This document shows, in pieces, positions 62,245 to 64,000 of a DNA stretch of 64,000 nucleotides (the stretch's first letter is position 1; each line of letters opens with the position of its first letter). Under the pieces are notes generated by a model. The model searched no databases. It was not told the DNA's origin and was given only the letters and a program-made list of their open reading frames with translations. Location of the stretch: assembly GCA_012295275.1 (NCBI GenBank), contig CM022672.1, positions 34,472,001-34,536,000 of the forward strand, in the 5' to 3' direction. The stretch comes from Chrysomallon squamiferum (Eukaryota; Animalia; Mollusca). The translations under genes were made by a program, and so were the position numbers.

Positions 62245-62895
62245 ATTTGAAATCTTCAGTACATATATTTAAAATCTAATAATACATATAGTCAAAATAA
62301 AATAATAATAATAATAATAATAATAAGTGAAAATTTCTGGAATGTGTAGAAAAATTATTATTACTTCATAATGCTATGGGACAAGACTGTAAAAACGAAC
62401 TGACAAAATGAAATTTAAAGAATCGTCGTAAGCTATGGTACCGATATTAAAAACCTCGGGGCGCAAAAAAAAAAAAAAAAACCCTACAGGGACATAATTA
62501 TATGTTATAATTTGTGATAGGTGTATTTAGCATAATTATATTTTGTCGCTTATCAAATAATACGTTGTTTATTAAAATGAAAACACAGATGTCAGAGGTT
62601 TAAAAAGATGACAACAAGGAAGAAACAAATCGTGACAAAAAAAAAATATGAGGAAGAACAACTTTAGATGTTTGACAGGTTAGATAAAAGAATGTGACAG
62701 TTTGAGAAACAAACAAACAAACAAGCAACAAACAATAAATTAACATAACAATAAATAAATAAACAAACAGCTAAACAAAGAGACATGCATAGAGACGAAG
62801 ATGTACATACAAAGACAGGCAGACACAACAAGACAGACAGACAACAGACATGTAGATAAGAAGAACTGGATCTATATAATCTATCTCTCTATCTG

Positions 62896-62928
<33 letters not shown>

Positions 62929-63402
62929 CCATCTATCTATATATCTATCTACCTATATATATATCTGTAAGCCCATCTATCTGTCTGTCTGTCTGTTTGT
63001 GAATCTGTCATCTGCCTTATATCTCTCTCTCTATCTGTCTGTATATTTATCTATCTGTGTAGCTAGCTGTATGTTTATATATCTGTGTATGTATCTATCT
63101 ATCTTTATATCTATATACTATCTGTCTGTCTGTCTATCTATCTATCTTTCTATCTGTCTATATATCTGTTTATCTGTCTCTATCAAACTTTCTATTTTTT
63201 TTTTTTGTATATCTACATAAGTCTCTCTCTACCTATCTATAATCAATCTATCTGCATACAGATATCTATCTGTCTATTTATTTATCTATCTATCTGTCTA
63301 TTTGTTTATCTATTTATCTATCTATCTAAACACACACATACACACTCACGAACATACACTATGTCTTCGATCTCTCATCTCTTTCTAATTTTCTCTTTTT
63401 AA

Positions 63403-63505
<103 letters not shown>

Positions 63506-63845
63506 CGAAAGACAAACTGCTTATCGTCGTTCCTGTGAAACAATGGAACGTTTTATACACTAACGTGACTTGTTACAGTCTTGACAAAAATTCAACATGA
63601 AGGAAAATTACAAGTTGATTTATAAGCCAGCCTAGTCCTTTGTCCGTAGATCATCGGTGGCTATTATTTATATTTTATAACAGTGTGGCTATTATTTTAC
63701 ACGTGTTTGATATATTGCGACCAGAACACAGCGTCCTTGTTAAGTGATGTAAATTACGGCTTTTTAGTTCACTTCCATTGTTCGTTTGATTGACACTGGC
63801 CATCTCTTACAAGCGATTAAATGTTAACACGTTCAAACAGTGGGG

Positions 63846-63966
<121 letters not shown>

Positions 63967-64000
63967 GTATGCTTGCATTTGTTTGCATATGATTTCAATA

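Overview
AT-rich, microsatellite-dense eukaryotic (animal) genomic DNA. A mollusc/gastropod-like origin is inferred from repeat content and CpG pattern, not proven. I could reconstruct three protein-coding genes by hand from GT/AG junctions and reading-frame phase. (1) A BTB-BACK-Kelch (KLHL24-like) gene on +, with a 34-nt first coding exon (3133-3166) and one large exon (5027-6759). (2) An 18-coding-exon SUN domain-containing ossification factor (SUCO/SLP1 family) gene on +, 12236-33902, about 1332 aa, with signal peptide, mid-SUN domain, coiled coil and TM helix. (3) A convergent 11-exon kynurenine formamidase (AFMID) gene on -, 53717-43809, with HGGYW, GHSAG, Asp and His motifs; its exon 8 is garbled in this sequence. 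Introns and intergenic DNA hold SINE-like copies, TIR-bearing MITEs, minisatellites and many SSRs, which explain most of the supplied ORFs. The most unusual signal is that intron-exon junctions themselves have been tandemly amplified several times. AFMID exon 7 is preceded by a ~1.7-kb array whose 21-bp unit is the 3' splice site plus the exon start, giving in-frame alternative acceptors next to the catalytic serine. SUCO shows three similar junction duplications. All gene models are manual and need RNA-seq confirmation.
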